Source: an uncultured delta proteobacterium
GTDB lineage: Bacteria > Desulfobacterota > Desulfuromonadia > Geobacterales > DSM-12255
Reading direction: 5' to 3'
Assembly (NCBI GenBank): GCA_963787125.1
Contig: CAWBBV010000023.1
Coordinates: 96,001-160,000 of the forward strand
DNA length: 64,000 nucleotides
A program made the position numbers and the translations under genes. Below, one piece after another: positions 7,138-16,257 of this stretch. The notes under the pieces are model-generated. The model saw only the letters and a program-made list of their open reading frames with translations. It was not told the origin of the DNA and made no database searches. Position 1 is the stretch's first letter. Each line of letters starts with the position of its first letter.

Positions 7138-9077
7138 ATCGGGTAGGAGGCGGGGTCTCCCCCGCCGTCCTCCCACACCACCGTACGTACGGTTCCGTAT
7201 ACGGCGGTTCATGATACGCGCTGAAGCCGGTCGTACTGGTTCAGAAGCGATATCAGACCAAGGTTCTCGAAGTAGGAATTCGGAAGGACACGGTGCATGA
7301 CGTTTGTACCGGCGTGCCACCAAGGGCCACGCTGGTTTCTTGCCAAACGCCATGATGCATCCCTCGACAATCCCAGTTTGATCAGGTTCTTTGCTCGGGT
7401 GTAGGAGCGCTTCCACTGCCGCCATAGAATGCAGCGCAGTTTCCGCCGAAGCCAGCCGTCCAGTTCCTCAAAGAGGCTTTTCGCCTCTGCGTAACGGAAG
7501 TAGTTCAACCACCCCCGCAGTTTCGGATTCACCTCTGTTATGGTCTGGCGCAGGCTTCTTCCTTTACCCCGCCGACAGATTTCCTTCAGGGTTCGCTTTC
7601 AGCCTCGTCGGCACTTTACCCCCCACTCTCAGGCGGGGTTTGTGGTGCCAAGTCATGCTGTAACCCAGAAAGGTTCTCTGCCATGGACGATCAACCGCGC
7701 TTTTGGCTTGGTTGACCGTGAGCTTGAGCCGCTCTGACAGGAATGTGGTGATTGAGGCCATGACCCGTTCGCCGCTGGCTTTGGTGGCAACGTAGATGTT
7801 GCAATCATCAGCAAAACGGCAAAAGGTGTGACCACGGTTTTCCAGTTCCTTGTCGAGTTCGTCCAGTAGGATGTTTGACAGAAACGGCGAGAGTGGCCCA
7901 CCTTGCGGTGTTCCTTCTTGCCGGGGTGACGTGATGCCACCCTCAAACATTCCCGCCTTCAGGTAGCTGTCTATCAGCTTCAGCACCTGCTTGTCCTTGA
8001 CTTTGCGTTTTACCAGCGACATGAGGATGTCGTGGTTGACGCGGTCAAAGAATTTCTCCAGGTCGATATCGACCACCCACCGTTTGCCGCTCTCAACATA
8101 TTGACGAGCGGCTTTGATTGCCTGGTGGGCGCTCTTTCCGGGACGAAACCCGTAGGAGTGGCTGGAGAAGTCAGGATCGAACATCGGTCTCATTGCCTGA
8201 TGTACTGCCTGCTGGATGAGACGGTCAAGTACGGTGGGGATTCCCAGCATTCTTGTGCCGCCTCCCGGTTTCGGTATTTCTACCTTCAGCACCGGTAACG
8301 GGGTGTACTTCCCCGCCAGCAGTTCTTCTTTGATGCGCGGCCAGTGTTCTTGCAAGTACTCTTTCAGGGCCGTTACCGGCATGTCGTCCACGCCGGGGGC
8401 TCCCTTGTTGCGCATTACACGAGTGATAGGCCGCCATCATGTTGCCTCGGCTGACGATTGCTTCCATCAGTCCGTCCGTCTTCGGAGCAGAGTTGTCCCG
8501 CATTCCCGTGACGTTTGCCGCACCATTACCGGCCACCTGCGGTTTCCGACCGCCCAACTCCGGTATGGCGCCGGGTATCTCAATCCGGCCTTCTGCTGCT
8601 ACTGTCGTCATCGAAATTCAGGATTCCTTTCCGTCGTTTCATGTTCCGCCCTTCATCGACTGGTCAGGCCGACTACTATGGCTTCTGCTGACTTCTGCCG
8701 AACATGAGGGAATTGCTTTTCAATTCCCCTGCACCCGGATTTCGCCCGGTGCGGGACAGCAGACCTCCCCAGGTAATTCGCGTGACCTTCATCCCATATA
8801 CCCGCCGCATTTACAGCCACACCCTCTGGATGGTTTAGGGCTTTGAAGTTACGTGCCTTCTCGCCCGAATGTGACTGCCTCATATGCGATTTCTGTTCGT
8901 CGGGCCGGGATTTTGCCTGCGGCTTCCTTCAGATTCCGCCTCGCGACGGACACCCTTGCCGTCCGGCTAACGGTTCCCACCATCAGGGTCCATAGAGGAC
9001 TTTCACCTCCAAGTCACTGCTTGACCACCACAGTCAAGCAGATGGCGCTTACGCGCCACGCGCCATGCTGGGCGCAC
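7138..9077 (-). mobile_element. Group II intron, class C (IIC), inserted in an attC site
   Basis: 5' end GTGCGCCCAGCATGGCG at 9077; D5 GAACCGCCGTATACGGAACCGTACGTACGGTGGTGTG with CGC triad; D6 ending CCTACCCGAT at 7138. Confidence 0.92.
7209..8611 (-). pseudogene. ltrA: Group II intron reverse transcriptase/maturase, two frameshifts
   Basis: NKGAPGVD, LGIPTVLDR, GTPQGGPLSP, FADD motifs and the maturase 'NPKLRGWLNYF' are spread over three frames, with breaks near 8420 and 7588. Confidence 0.88.
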
Positions 9078-9130
9078 ACGGTTCGGGAGAACACCGGCAG
9101 TTTTTGGCCGGTGCTTCTGCCTGGTTGGCC
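9078..9130 (-). other. attC site of first cassette (R' split by the intron; last 5 nt at 7133-7137)
   Basis: Minus strand GGCCAAC-caggc-AGAAGCACCGGC-caaaaact-GCCGGTGTTCT-cccgaacc-GT|TGGCC; 58 bp when rejoined, extrahelical base on the R''-L'' arm. Confidence 0.85.
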
Positions 9131-9139
9131 CTTCGCTCT

Positions 9140-9520
9140 TTACTTTTGTCCAGTGTCAATGGCAGACCGTACTGATTTCTCGCAACCAAATTCAGGAGTT
9201 TTTCGTTTAAATTTTGCAACAACAAACTTGATGACAAGCACTAAGGTAACCCACCAAAGAGTTCCACTTACAAAGTATAAAGAAAATCGAATAGAATTCT
9301 GAAGACCAAATGTCTCAATTGAAAAACGATTGATTATCGACAGAATTGCATCCTCTATTACAAATGAGACAGGAATATTAATTATAAAAGCAAAAAACCA
9401 AGACCAGCACTCTGATCCACTTAATCCTTGCGAGTGACAATTGATGGCGCTGTACGCCTCGCTGAAACAAAGTATTGCCTGTATAAATACGACAAAGTAG
9501 ATGACTATTTTAGATTTCAT
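9140..9520 (-). CDS. Integron cassette gene, hypothetical membrane protein
   Basis: AT-rich, about three hydrophobic segments, lies between the attI core (9600) and attC (9130). Confidence 0.7.
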   Translation of the reverse strand: MKSKIVIYFVVFIQAILCFSEAYSAINCHSQGLSGSECWSWFFAFIINIPVSFVIEDAILSIINRFSIETFGLQNSIRFSLYFVSGTLWWVTLVLVIKFVVAKFKRKTPEFGCEKSVRSAIDTGQK

Positions 9521-9593
9521 AAAGATAAATACACATATTTACGTTCAGTCACAAAACCTCCTACAGTCCTTTTGAATCTTCTATTGATTTGTC

Positions 9594-9620
9594 GGCCAAC
9601 TCGTTAATCACCGGTTAGAA
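9594..9620 (-). other. Putative attI recombination site
   Basis: GTTGGCC on the minus strand (9600-9594), exactly complementary to the GGCCAAC R'' of the first cassette, upstream of and divergent from intI. Confidence 0.7.
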
Positions 9621-9624
9621 CCGG

Positions 9625-9795
9625 GTTTCTATATGTAGAAATAAGTTTATAGATGTAGAAACTTGTTTCTACATCTATAAACCATAAAAGTTTCTATATC
9701 TATAAACAATTCCCTTTTTTAGTTGTAATCAATGTTTCTATATCTATAAACATTACGGTTTTTTACCGCTATCCAAAGTTTCTATATGTATAAAC
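9625..9795. repeat. Six copies of an 18-bp quasi-palindrome GTTTCTAYATSTAKAAAY
   Basis: Copies at 9625, 9645 (inverted), 9665, 9690, 9734, 9778. Confidence 0.9.
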
Positions 9796-10118
9796 TTTTC
9801 AAGTTTCGTACCGGCTATGCAGCCGTAAGGCACTATCCAGAGTTTCTTGTCTTTGTCCCACCGACCACCGACAGCTCTTACTTGCTCCTGAGCAGCCATC
9901 TCTCTGACACCGATTTTGAGTGATACCATTGTGCTATCTGGATATTTTGCTGGTGGCGGAGTCCAGTCACTTTCACTGACGATTATTTCGACAGTTTTGT
10001 ACTGCTTATGATTTACGGAATCATAGCGGTAGCGGACGCATACCAGGGCATCGCCATACTTCTTGACAATTTCCTTTGTTCCATTTTGCCCCGGTTTTAA
10101 TCGTGCCCGTGTTTTCAT
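9753..10118 (-). CDS. Uncharacterised protein between intI and attI
   Basis: Basic 121-aa ORF MKTRARLKPGQNGTK...YGDALVCVRYRYD...; C-terminal 'VRAVGGRWDKDKKLWIVP' resembles DUF5710. Confidence 0.75.
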   Translation of the reverse strand: MKTRARLKPGQNGTKEIVKKYGDALVCVRYRYDSVNHKQYKTVEIIVSESDWTPPPAKYPDSTMVSLKIGVREMAAQEQVRAVGGRWDKDKKLWIVPYGCIAGTKLEKFIHIETLDSGKKP

Positions 10119-10270
10119 TGATATTCCAATATGAAAATTATTTGTGGATTTAATTAGCATAGTTGCAGGGGATTACAAAGTGTATTATTAGTTTTGTACA
10201 GTTGATTGGCGCTAATTTGAACGCTAACAGCGATATTACATGAATGGTTGTTGAAAGGAGTGTTCACTTA

Positions 10271-11656
10271 ATGATCCCAGTACCTAATATCGTTATGAAT
10301 GATTATATCGCACTGCTAAAACGTCGAGAGATTGCGCCTGACCACTTTGAGTATTTTAAGAAATGGCTGCGCTATTTTTATGACTTTTCCGCAAAGTATC
10401 TGGATACGGCTGATAAGCCTGAGATGGTGAAACAATTTCTGGAGAAATTAAGGAGTAAAAATCAGAGTCCTTTCCAATGCCAGCAGGCTGCCCATGCGGT
10501 TTCGCTTTATTTTGAGATGCAAAATATGGCTTTGCAGCAGTTAACGGTTCCTGAAATAACACCAGAGGAGTCGTCCACGAATAAAGTGTTTTCGCCATCT
10601 GTACCGATATCACCTGCACAGTCCATATTCCTGCCAGCTAACAGTCATCGCCAGTCGCAATACTGTGTCGCTGGCTATGAAGAAAAATCCGACTCTCCGG
10701 AATGGGACGACCTTATCAGCAAGCTGGCCGATGAAATCAAGGTTCGCCACTACTCACGAAAAACTCTGAAGACCTATGCCCACTGGTCTCGCCAGTTTCA
10801 GCGGTTTTTGAAAAACAAGTCGCCGCAGGAGCTTTCTCCCGCAGATGTCAAGGCGTACCTCACCTATCTTGCCGTCAAATGCGAAGTTGCTGCGTCTACC
10901 CAGAATCAGGCGTTTAACTCGCTGCTATTTCTCTACCGCCATGCCTTGAAAATTGACTTCGGATTTCACAAGGATATTCCACGGGCAAAGAAATCCCTGT
11001 ATATTCCGCAGGTGCTTTCCATGGATCAGATCAATGCAATTTTGAAGGAACTATATTCACCGTATAGCCTTTTCGTGAAAATCCTGTTCGGCTGCGGTCT
11101 GAGGATGTTTGAATGTCAACGGATTACGGTGGGAGATTTTAACTTTGCTACTGGCAAGCTTTTGGTACATGGCAAAAACAAGAAAGACAGGACTGTTCCT
11201 ATTCCTGAGGCGATTTTGCCTGAGTTGCAGGCTCGGTATGAGTGGGTGTCAAGGCTCCATGATAAGGATCTTGCCGATGGGTATGACGGGGTGTTTATGG
11301 ATGTGGATATTGAGAAAAAGTATCCGAAAGCGCCGAAAGAGTTTGCTTTCCAGTGGTTCTTTCCCCAAAGGTCACTGACGACTGTTGAGGCTAACGGTCA
11401 GAGGCGTCGTTATCATCTTCATGAAACCCAGTTGCAAAGGGCGCTTTATGTTGCTGTCCGTAAGGCCAAAATCCCCAAGAAAGTAACTGCCCACACTTTC
11501 CGCCACTCCTTCGCCACCCACCTACTTCAGGCTGGTTATGACATACGGGTGATTCAAACGCTGCTGGGTCATTCCAGCCTGAAAACCACCATGATCTACA
11601 CCCACTGTGTGCCGGTGCGGACGATCAAGGAGCCGAAGAGTCCGCTGGATTTCTGA
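10271..11656 (+). CDS. intI: Integron integrase with long N-terminal extension
   Basis: [30 protein letters not shown], IntI-specific insert [50 protein letters not shown] before ATG 10271. Confidence 0.93.
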   Translation: MIPVPNIVMNDYIALLKRREIAPDHFEYFKKWLRYFYDFSAKYLDTADKPEMVKQFLEKLRSKNQSPFQCQQAAHAVSLYFEMQNMALQQLTVPEITPEESSTNKVFSPSVPISPAQSIFLPANSHRQSQYCVAGYEEKSDSPEWDDLISKLADEIKVRHYSRKTLKTYAHWSRQFQRFLKNKSPQELSPADVKAYLTYLAVKCEVAASTQNQAFNSLLFLYRHALKIDFGFHKDIPRAKKSLYIPQVLSMDQINAILKELYSPYSLFVKILFGCGLRMFECQRITVGDFNFATGKLLVHGKNKKDRTVPIPEAILPELQARYEWVSRLHDKDLADGYDGVFMDVDIEKKYPKAPKEFAFQWFFPQRSLTTVEANGQRRRYHLHETQLQRALYVAVRKAKIPKKVTAHTFRHSFATHLLQAGYDIRVIQTLLGHSSLKTTMIYTHCVPVRTIKEPKSPLDF

Positions 11657-11720
11657 GAAACTGGTAGATGCTGGCAGACAACTTTATGAATGATGGTTTC
11701 TGGCTCTGAAGTTCACTAGC

Positions 11721-12620
11721 TTAAGTAGGCGTGCGGCGGGAGTGCGAAAGGTTCAACAGGTTTTTGGCAAGTTCACTCAGTTCATTAACATAGCGCTTTT
11801 CCAATTTTTTCAGCCATCGCTGCGGAATCTCCTCCAGGCCGTAATATGCCCCTGCCAGGCCGCCAATTATTGCGCCGGTGGTGTCGGCATCCCCCCCTTG
11901 ATTGACGGTTGAAACCACGCACTCCTCAAAAGAGCGACTGCGGAAAAAATGATGAAAGACGGTCTGGAGAGTATCGACGACATAGCCGGTCGCCAGGCCG
12001 GGGTAGGGGGTGAATCTGAAGGTGGGATACTCAGCGACAAGCCGGTCTGCTTCGCGGCGCAGGCTGCTCTTTTCGGCGCCGCGCAGTGCCAGTTGGATCA
12101 TCCGGCCGTAGGTAATGCAGGCGGCGTCGGAAAGGGGGTGGTTGTGGGTCAGGTGCCCCTGTTCAAGGGTGTACTGCTGCAACAGCTCTTCGCTGCCAAG
12201 GGTGTAGAGTGCTACCGGTGTTGTGCGCATCAGCGCGCCGTTGCCGGCATCCCACTGGTTGGGCGGTGATTCCAGTATACCCTTGAGCATGAAGTTGCGG
12301 ATGCCGCGGCGGCAGGTGTCGCCAACGTCTATCGGTTTTGATTTGAGCCAGGCGGCAAATTCGCCGGCAATTGTGCTAAGATCCCACTCTCCCGACTTGA
12401 TGATCCCCCGGGCGACACAGAGCGTCATCTCCGTGTCATCTGTCACTTGGCCCGCTTTAAGCCGCAACCAGCCGCCGCCGACCATTTCGCTCAGCCTGCC
12501 ATGCTTTGCCGCAATTTCACCGGGGGTCATGAACTCGACCGGGGCGCCAAGCGCGTCCCCGACTGCAACGCCGAGCAGCACGCTCCGGCTGCGGCTCAAG
12601 AGTTCATCTGGCCCCGTCAC
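11721..12620 (-). CDS. draG: ADP-ribosyl-[dinitrogenase reductase] glycohydrolase
   Basis: GDALGAPVEFM, GGGWLRLKAGQVTDDTEM, GNGALMR, NQGGDADTTGAI. Confidence 0.93.
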   Translation of the reverse strand: MTGPDELLSRSRSVLLGVAVGDALGAPVEFMTPGEIAAKHGRLSEMVGGGWLRLKAGQVTDDTEMTLCVARGIIKSGEWDLSTIAGEFAAWLKSKPIDVGDTCRRGIRNFMLKGILESPPNQWDAGNGALMRTTPVALYTLGSEELLQQYTLEQGHLTHNHPLSDAACITYGRMIQLALRGAEKSSLRREADRLVAEYPTFRFTPYPGLATGYVVDTLQTVFHHFFRSRSFEECVVSTVNQGGDADTTGAIIGGLAGAYYGLEEIPQRWLKKLEKRYVNELSELAKNLLNLSHSRRTPT

Positions 12621-12913
12621 CTGCCCCCCAGCATCTCACCCGTACAGCCGACCAGAAAGTCAAAAACATCCTCACGACTCTCCAAAAAACGCGGCAGTTC
12701 TCGAATCATGATCTCTTCGGCAATCTGGAGAACCCGCTGCTCGTCAGTGCCAAGGGTATCCATAACAGTGCCGAGCATAGGGAGAACCTCGTAGAGGTCA
12801 TCACGGTTGAAGCGGTTTTTATCCGGCTTGCCGGTGAATTTGGCCAGATGCCGGGTGGTTGTCTCTTTCGGGTACCGGTAGTAAAGATCTGAAGCCTTGA
12901 TCGTAATACCCAT
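12617..12913 (-). CDS. Hypothetical protein, overlapping the draG start
   Basis: 98-aa ORF with RBS, operon-like 4-bp overlap. Confidence 0.65.
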   Translation of the reverse strand: MGITIKASDLYYRYPKETTTRHLAKFTGKPDKNRFNRDDLYEVLPMLGTVMDTLGTDEQRVLQIAEEIMIRELPRFLESREDVFDFLVGCTGEMLGGR

Positions 12914-12937
12914 AACATGGTCCCTCGCTTGTGGAGT

Positions 12938-13162
12938 TTATTTGCAGCCGCAGCCACCGGAGTTGCAGTAGCTGGCGCAGCCGTTTGCTGTCTTCATGTC
13001 GATGCCATGGGATTTGCAACAGGCGAGTGAATCTGCCTCAACAAGCCATTCTCCTGCAATCTCCTGACCTTTGAGCTCGCCGCTTTTAAGCAGCATCAGA
13101 ATTTTAGTCGGCGTTGTTGCCAGCGTTTCGGCAGATTCTTCTACGGTTACCATTGAAGCCAT
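12938..13162 (-). CDS. Small excisionase/MerR-like HTH protein with Cys-rich tail
   Basis: TVEESAETL...ILMLLKSGELKG...W pattern; GGAGG RBS. Confidence 0.6.
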   Translation of the reverse strand: MASMVTVEESAETLATTPTKILMLLKSGELKGQEIAGEWLVEADSLACCKSHGIDMKTANGCASYCNSGGCGCK

Positions 13163-13201
13163 GATGATTTCCTCCTTATCTTTGGATGTTTGCAAGTTAT
13201 G

Positions 13202-13217
13202 TTCACTTAGCGTGCCA
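13202..13217 (-). promoter_or_regulatory. Possible sigma54 promoter for the draG operon
   Basis: Minus strand TGGCACGCTAAGTGAA: good -24, variant -12. Confidence 0.4.
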
Positions 13218-13393
13218 TGAAGGGAACGCCCGTTTAATGGCCTTTCATGGGTTGCCTGTCTTGAACCGGCCTGAAAATCTGCTTAATGAGTAACCATCCC
13301 TGCCACAGCTCTGACCACAAAGTGACTTGACATGGGAAACCATTCTCTGGAGTTGCTGATGTAACCTGCTTAAATGTTGATGTTTTCAGTTTT

Positions 13394-13409
13394 TGGCACA
13401 GTTAAGGCA
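13394..13409 (+). promoter_or_regulatory. Sigma54 (-24/-12) promoter of nifB
   Basis: TGGCACAGTTAAGGCA, GG-N10-GC. Confidence 0.7.
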
Positions 13410-13449
13410 GAACAGATCATGACATGAAGGCTAAAAATGAGATTTATCG

Positions 13450-13498
13450 GGCAATGGAGCCCTGTAGAGTTTTGCTCTGCAGGGCTCTGTTTTTTTTT
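13450..13498 (+). promoter_or_regulatory. ANTAR-type antiterminator / leader terminator
   Basis: GGCAATGGAGCC motif overlapping the stem GAGCCCTGTAGAG/CTCTGCAGGGCTC, followed by T9, between the sigma54 promoter and nifB. Confidence 0.7.
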
Positions 13499-13592
13499 AG
13501 TAAGTTTGAAGTGATTTTCTGCACATTTTCAGTCAGAAAATTACTTCTTTAACGCACTTATCCTGTTTGTCAGGATTAAGGGGGTAAACAAA

Positions 13593-14456
13593 ATGGGAAA
13601 TGCATGCAACGGCAGAAAAAACATTCAGGGACATCCATGTTTTGGCGGTAATCACCACAAAAACGGCAGAATGCATCTGGCGGTGGCGCCGAAGTGCAAC
13701 ATCAAGTGCGGCTACTGCAGCCGACGCCACGACTGCGCCAATGAATCCCGTCCCGGTGTGACGAGCAGGATATTGACTCCTTTTGAGGCTCTGGAGAAAG
13801 TTCGCGAGGTCATGGCAAGCCCGGTGCTGGGGCCGATCATCAAGGTTATCGGCATTGCCGGCCCTGGGGACCCTTTGGCAAATGAAGAGACGTTTGAAAC
13901 ATTCCGGCTTATCGGCGCAGAGTTTCCGCACCTGATCAAATGCATGAGCACCAACGGTCTGCTTTTGCCGGAGCGGATCGATGAACTGGAAGCGCTTGAT
14001 CTCCACAGCCTCACTGTGACGATCAATGCGCTGGATCCGGTTGTCGGGGCAAAAATATATAGCTTTATAAACTATCACGGCAAACGTTACAGCGGCGAAG
14101 AAGCTGCTGAAATCCTGATTGCCAATCAGCTTGCCGGCCTCAAAAAGGCCGCTGATTACGGCATGACCATCAAGGTCAACACTGTTCTTATTCCCGGTGT
14201 GAATGATGACCAGATTCCGCTGATTGCGGCAAAGGTCAAGTCTATCGGTGCTTTTGTCATGAACGTCATGCCGATCATTCCCCAGTCTGATTTTGCCGGA
14301 ATTACGCCGCCGACACCGGAGGCTATTCTTGCAGTGCAGGCGGCCAATGAAAAAATCATCGGCCAGTTCAAGCACTGTCGCCAGTGCCGGGCCGATGCGG
14401 TCGGCCTGATTGGTCAGGATATGCAGTTTGCCGCAGCAGCCTGCTCCGGCGCCTAA
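13593..14456 (+). CDS. nifB: NifB radical SAM protein (no NifX-like domain)
   Basis: HPCF, CNIKCGYC, ESRPGVTS, GIAGPGDPLAN, HCRQCRADAVG. Confidence 0.92.
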   Translation: MGNACNGRKNIQGHPCFGGNHHKNGRMHLAVAPKCNIKCGYCSRRHDCANESRPGVTSRILTPFEALEKVREVMASPVLGPIIKVIGIAGPGDPLANEETFETFRLIGAEFPHLIKCMSTNGLLLPERIDELEALDLHSLTVTINALDPVVGAKIYSFINYHGKRYSGEEAAEILIANQLAGLKKAADYGMTIKVNTVLIPGVNDDQIPLIAAKVKSIGAFVMNVMPIIPQSDFAGITPPTPEAILAVQAANEKIIGQFKHCRQCRADAVGLIGQDMQFAAAACSGA

Positions 14457-14459
14457 CGC

Positions 14460-15263
14460 ATGGAGATTGTTCCATTCAACTATACCCACTTTGATTGTTT
14501 TCTCAGCAGCGCAAAAGGGGAAGGGTGGATTACTGCTGCAAGGGAGTTGGATTTTCTCCTCAGAAATTATCCTGAAGGGTGTCTGGCTGTTCTTGACGCA
14601 GGTCAACCAACTGCGTTCATAACGGCGATAAGATATCTGAACTCTGCCTGGATCGGCAATCTGCTGGTGTTGCCGGCTTACCGGCAACGCGGCCTCGGCA
14701 GATCTTTAATGGAGAGAGTGCTGCGCCATCTGGAGCTCTCCGGGTGCGAAACTGTCTGGCTGACAGCTTCTGCTGCCGGCGCTCACCTGTATCGTTCTCT
14801 CGGTTTCCGGCAGATTGACAGCATCCGGCGCTGGCGGGGCTTGGGGGGCACGGCTTGTGGCCGCGCCAGGTTTACGTATCATCAGGTGGCGGCTCTTGAT
14901 TTCCTGGGGTGGGGTGACGACAGGCGGAGCATTTTCGCAGCTCTGGCGGAGAACTCCAGCCAGATTAGCTTGCCAGATGGGTTCCTGGCATGCTCTGTTT
15001 CGGGTGACGGGCAGCAGCTCGGTCCCTGGGGGGCGGTTTCCAAGGATGCTGCGGCGAAGCTTCTTGACGCAGCCATCGGCGGCGCTGATCCCATAGTTGA
15101 GCTGGTTCTGGATTCCCCGGAAAACAATCAGGCTGCCGCCGAGCTCCTTGCGACAAGGGGCTTTGCTATTGTTGGCAGCACTCTGCTGATGTATAAGGGG
15201 AAAAAGCCGGAGTACCGGGCGGAGTATATCTATGCACTGGCAAGTATGGGGAGTTACGGGTAA
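14460..15263 (+). CDS. GNAT family N-acetyltransferase
   Basis: LLVLPAYRQRGLGRSLM, LYRSLGF. Confidence 0.85.
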   Translation: MEIVPFNYTHFDCFLSSAKGEGWITAARELDFLLRNYPEGCLAVLDAGQPTAFITAIRYLNSAWIGNLLVLPAYRQRGLGRSLMERVLRHLELSGCETVWLTASAAGAHLYRSLGFRQIDSIRRWRGLGGTACGRARFTYHQVAALDFLGWGDDRRSIFAALAENSSQISLPDGFLACSVSGDGQQLGPWGAVSKDAAAKLLDAAIGGADPIVELVLDSPENNQAAAELLATRGFAIVGSTLLMYKGKKPEYRAEYIYALASMGSYG

Positions 15264-15439
15264 AAAACAGTTGCTTTTTGCCCGAAAGCTGTCTTATTAT
15301 CTAATTACGCTTTACGTAAGGGTAAAGATATTTCAGCCATAGTAAAACTGCATTGATTAAAATTTAGGCATCAATGGGGTTGTCAATCACCTGGTTATCA
15401 ATTACTATTTATCAATAAATTCTGAACCGAGGTTTATTT

Positions 15440-16252
15440 ATGCAGATAGTCGCCTGTATCAAGCAGGTTCCGGATACAACCCAGGTCCAGATCGATCCGG
15501 TTACCAATACGCTGGTTCGTGAAGGGATCCCGTTCATTGTCAACCCCTATGACACCCATGCGTTGGAAGAGTCACTGCGGATGAAGGACAGCTCCGGGTT
15601 CAGTGTCACCGCTATCTCCATGGGACCCCCCAATGCCGAGGCGACTTTGCGCAAAGCACTGGCGCTGGGCGTAGACCGGGCGATTCTCCTCTCGGACAGA
15701 GTTTTTGGCGGCGCGGACACTCTTGCCACCAGCAATGTGCTTAGTGAAGCGATCCGTAAGCTGAACGAAACGGAAGAGGTGGGGATCATCTTTTGCGGCA
15801 AGCAGACCATTGACGGTGATACTGCCCAGGTCGGCCCCGGAATAGCCACCCGCCTCGGCTGCACCCAGCTGACCCTGGTGGATAAAATTCTGGAACTTGA
15901 CCTGAAGAAACGAAAAATAAAAGTCAGTCGTAAACTGGAAGGGCGGCACGAGATCGTCGAAGCGCCTCTGCCGGTGATGATAACCGTTGTCCGGGAGCTG
16001 AACCGCCCCCGCTATCCAACCGTGCCGAAGCGTCTCGCCTCTTTTGCCCGCGAAGTTGAACTCTGGAATAATCAGACACTAAAACTTGATGAACAGCAGA
16101 TCGGTCTGAAAGGCTCCCCCACCTGGGTCAGCAAGATTTTCTCACCGGAGCGTGACAAGGGTGAAATGATCGGTGACGGCGTCAATGACCCGATCGGTAC
16201 TGCCCAGCTACTGATAGACAAGCTGCTTGGCAAGGATCTGTTGTCGGTTTAG
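15440..16252 (+). CDS. etfB: Electron transfer flavoprotein beta subunit (FixA-like)
   Basis: CIKQVPDT, NPYD, GADTLATS, GKQTIDGDTAQVGP. Confidence 0.93.
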   Translation: MQIVACIKQVPDTTQVQIDPVTNTLVREGIPFIVNPYDTHALEESLRMKDSSGFSVTAISMGPPNAEATLRKALALGVDRAILLSDRVFGGADTLATSNVLSEAIRKLNETEEVGIIFCGKQTIDGDTAQVGPGIATRLGCTQLTLVDKILELDLKKRKIKVSRKLEGRHEIVEAPLPVMITVVRELNRPRYPTVPKRLASFAREVELWNNQTLKLDEQQIGLKGSPTWVSKIFSPERDKGEMIGDGVNDPIGTAQLLIDKLLGKDLLSV

Positions 16253-16257
16253 AGGCG

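Noticed and set aside
7209..8611. RT as a retron, DGR or defence RT
   Set aside because: It has a maturase domain and is enclosed by canonical group IIC 5' end, D5 and D6.
9690..9795. 44-bp periodic repeats as a mini CRISPR array
   Set aside because: Repeats are only 18 bp, mixed in orientation, irregular upstream, one lies within a CDS, and there are no cas genes; they fit binding sites better.
10160..10270. LexA box upstream of intI
   Set aside because: No convincing match to CTGT-N8-ACAG or the Geobacter GGTT-N2-C-N4-G-N3-ACC pattern.
13533..14687. Long antisense ORF over nifB, and similar shadows such as 56150-57175, 50883-51935 and 29795-30559
   Set aside because: They overlap well-supported genes on the opposite strand and have no recognisable motifs.
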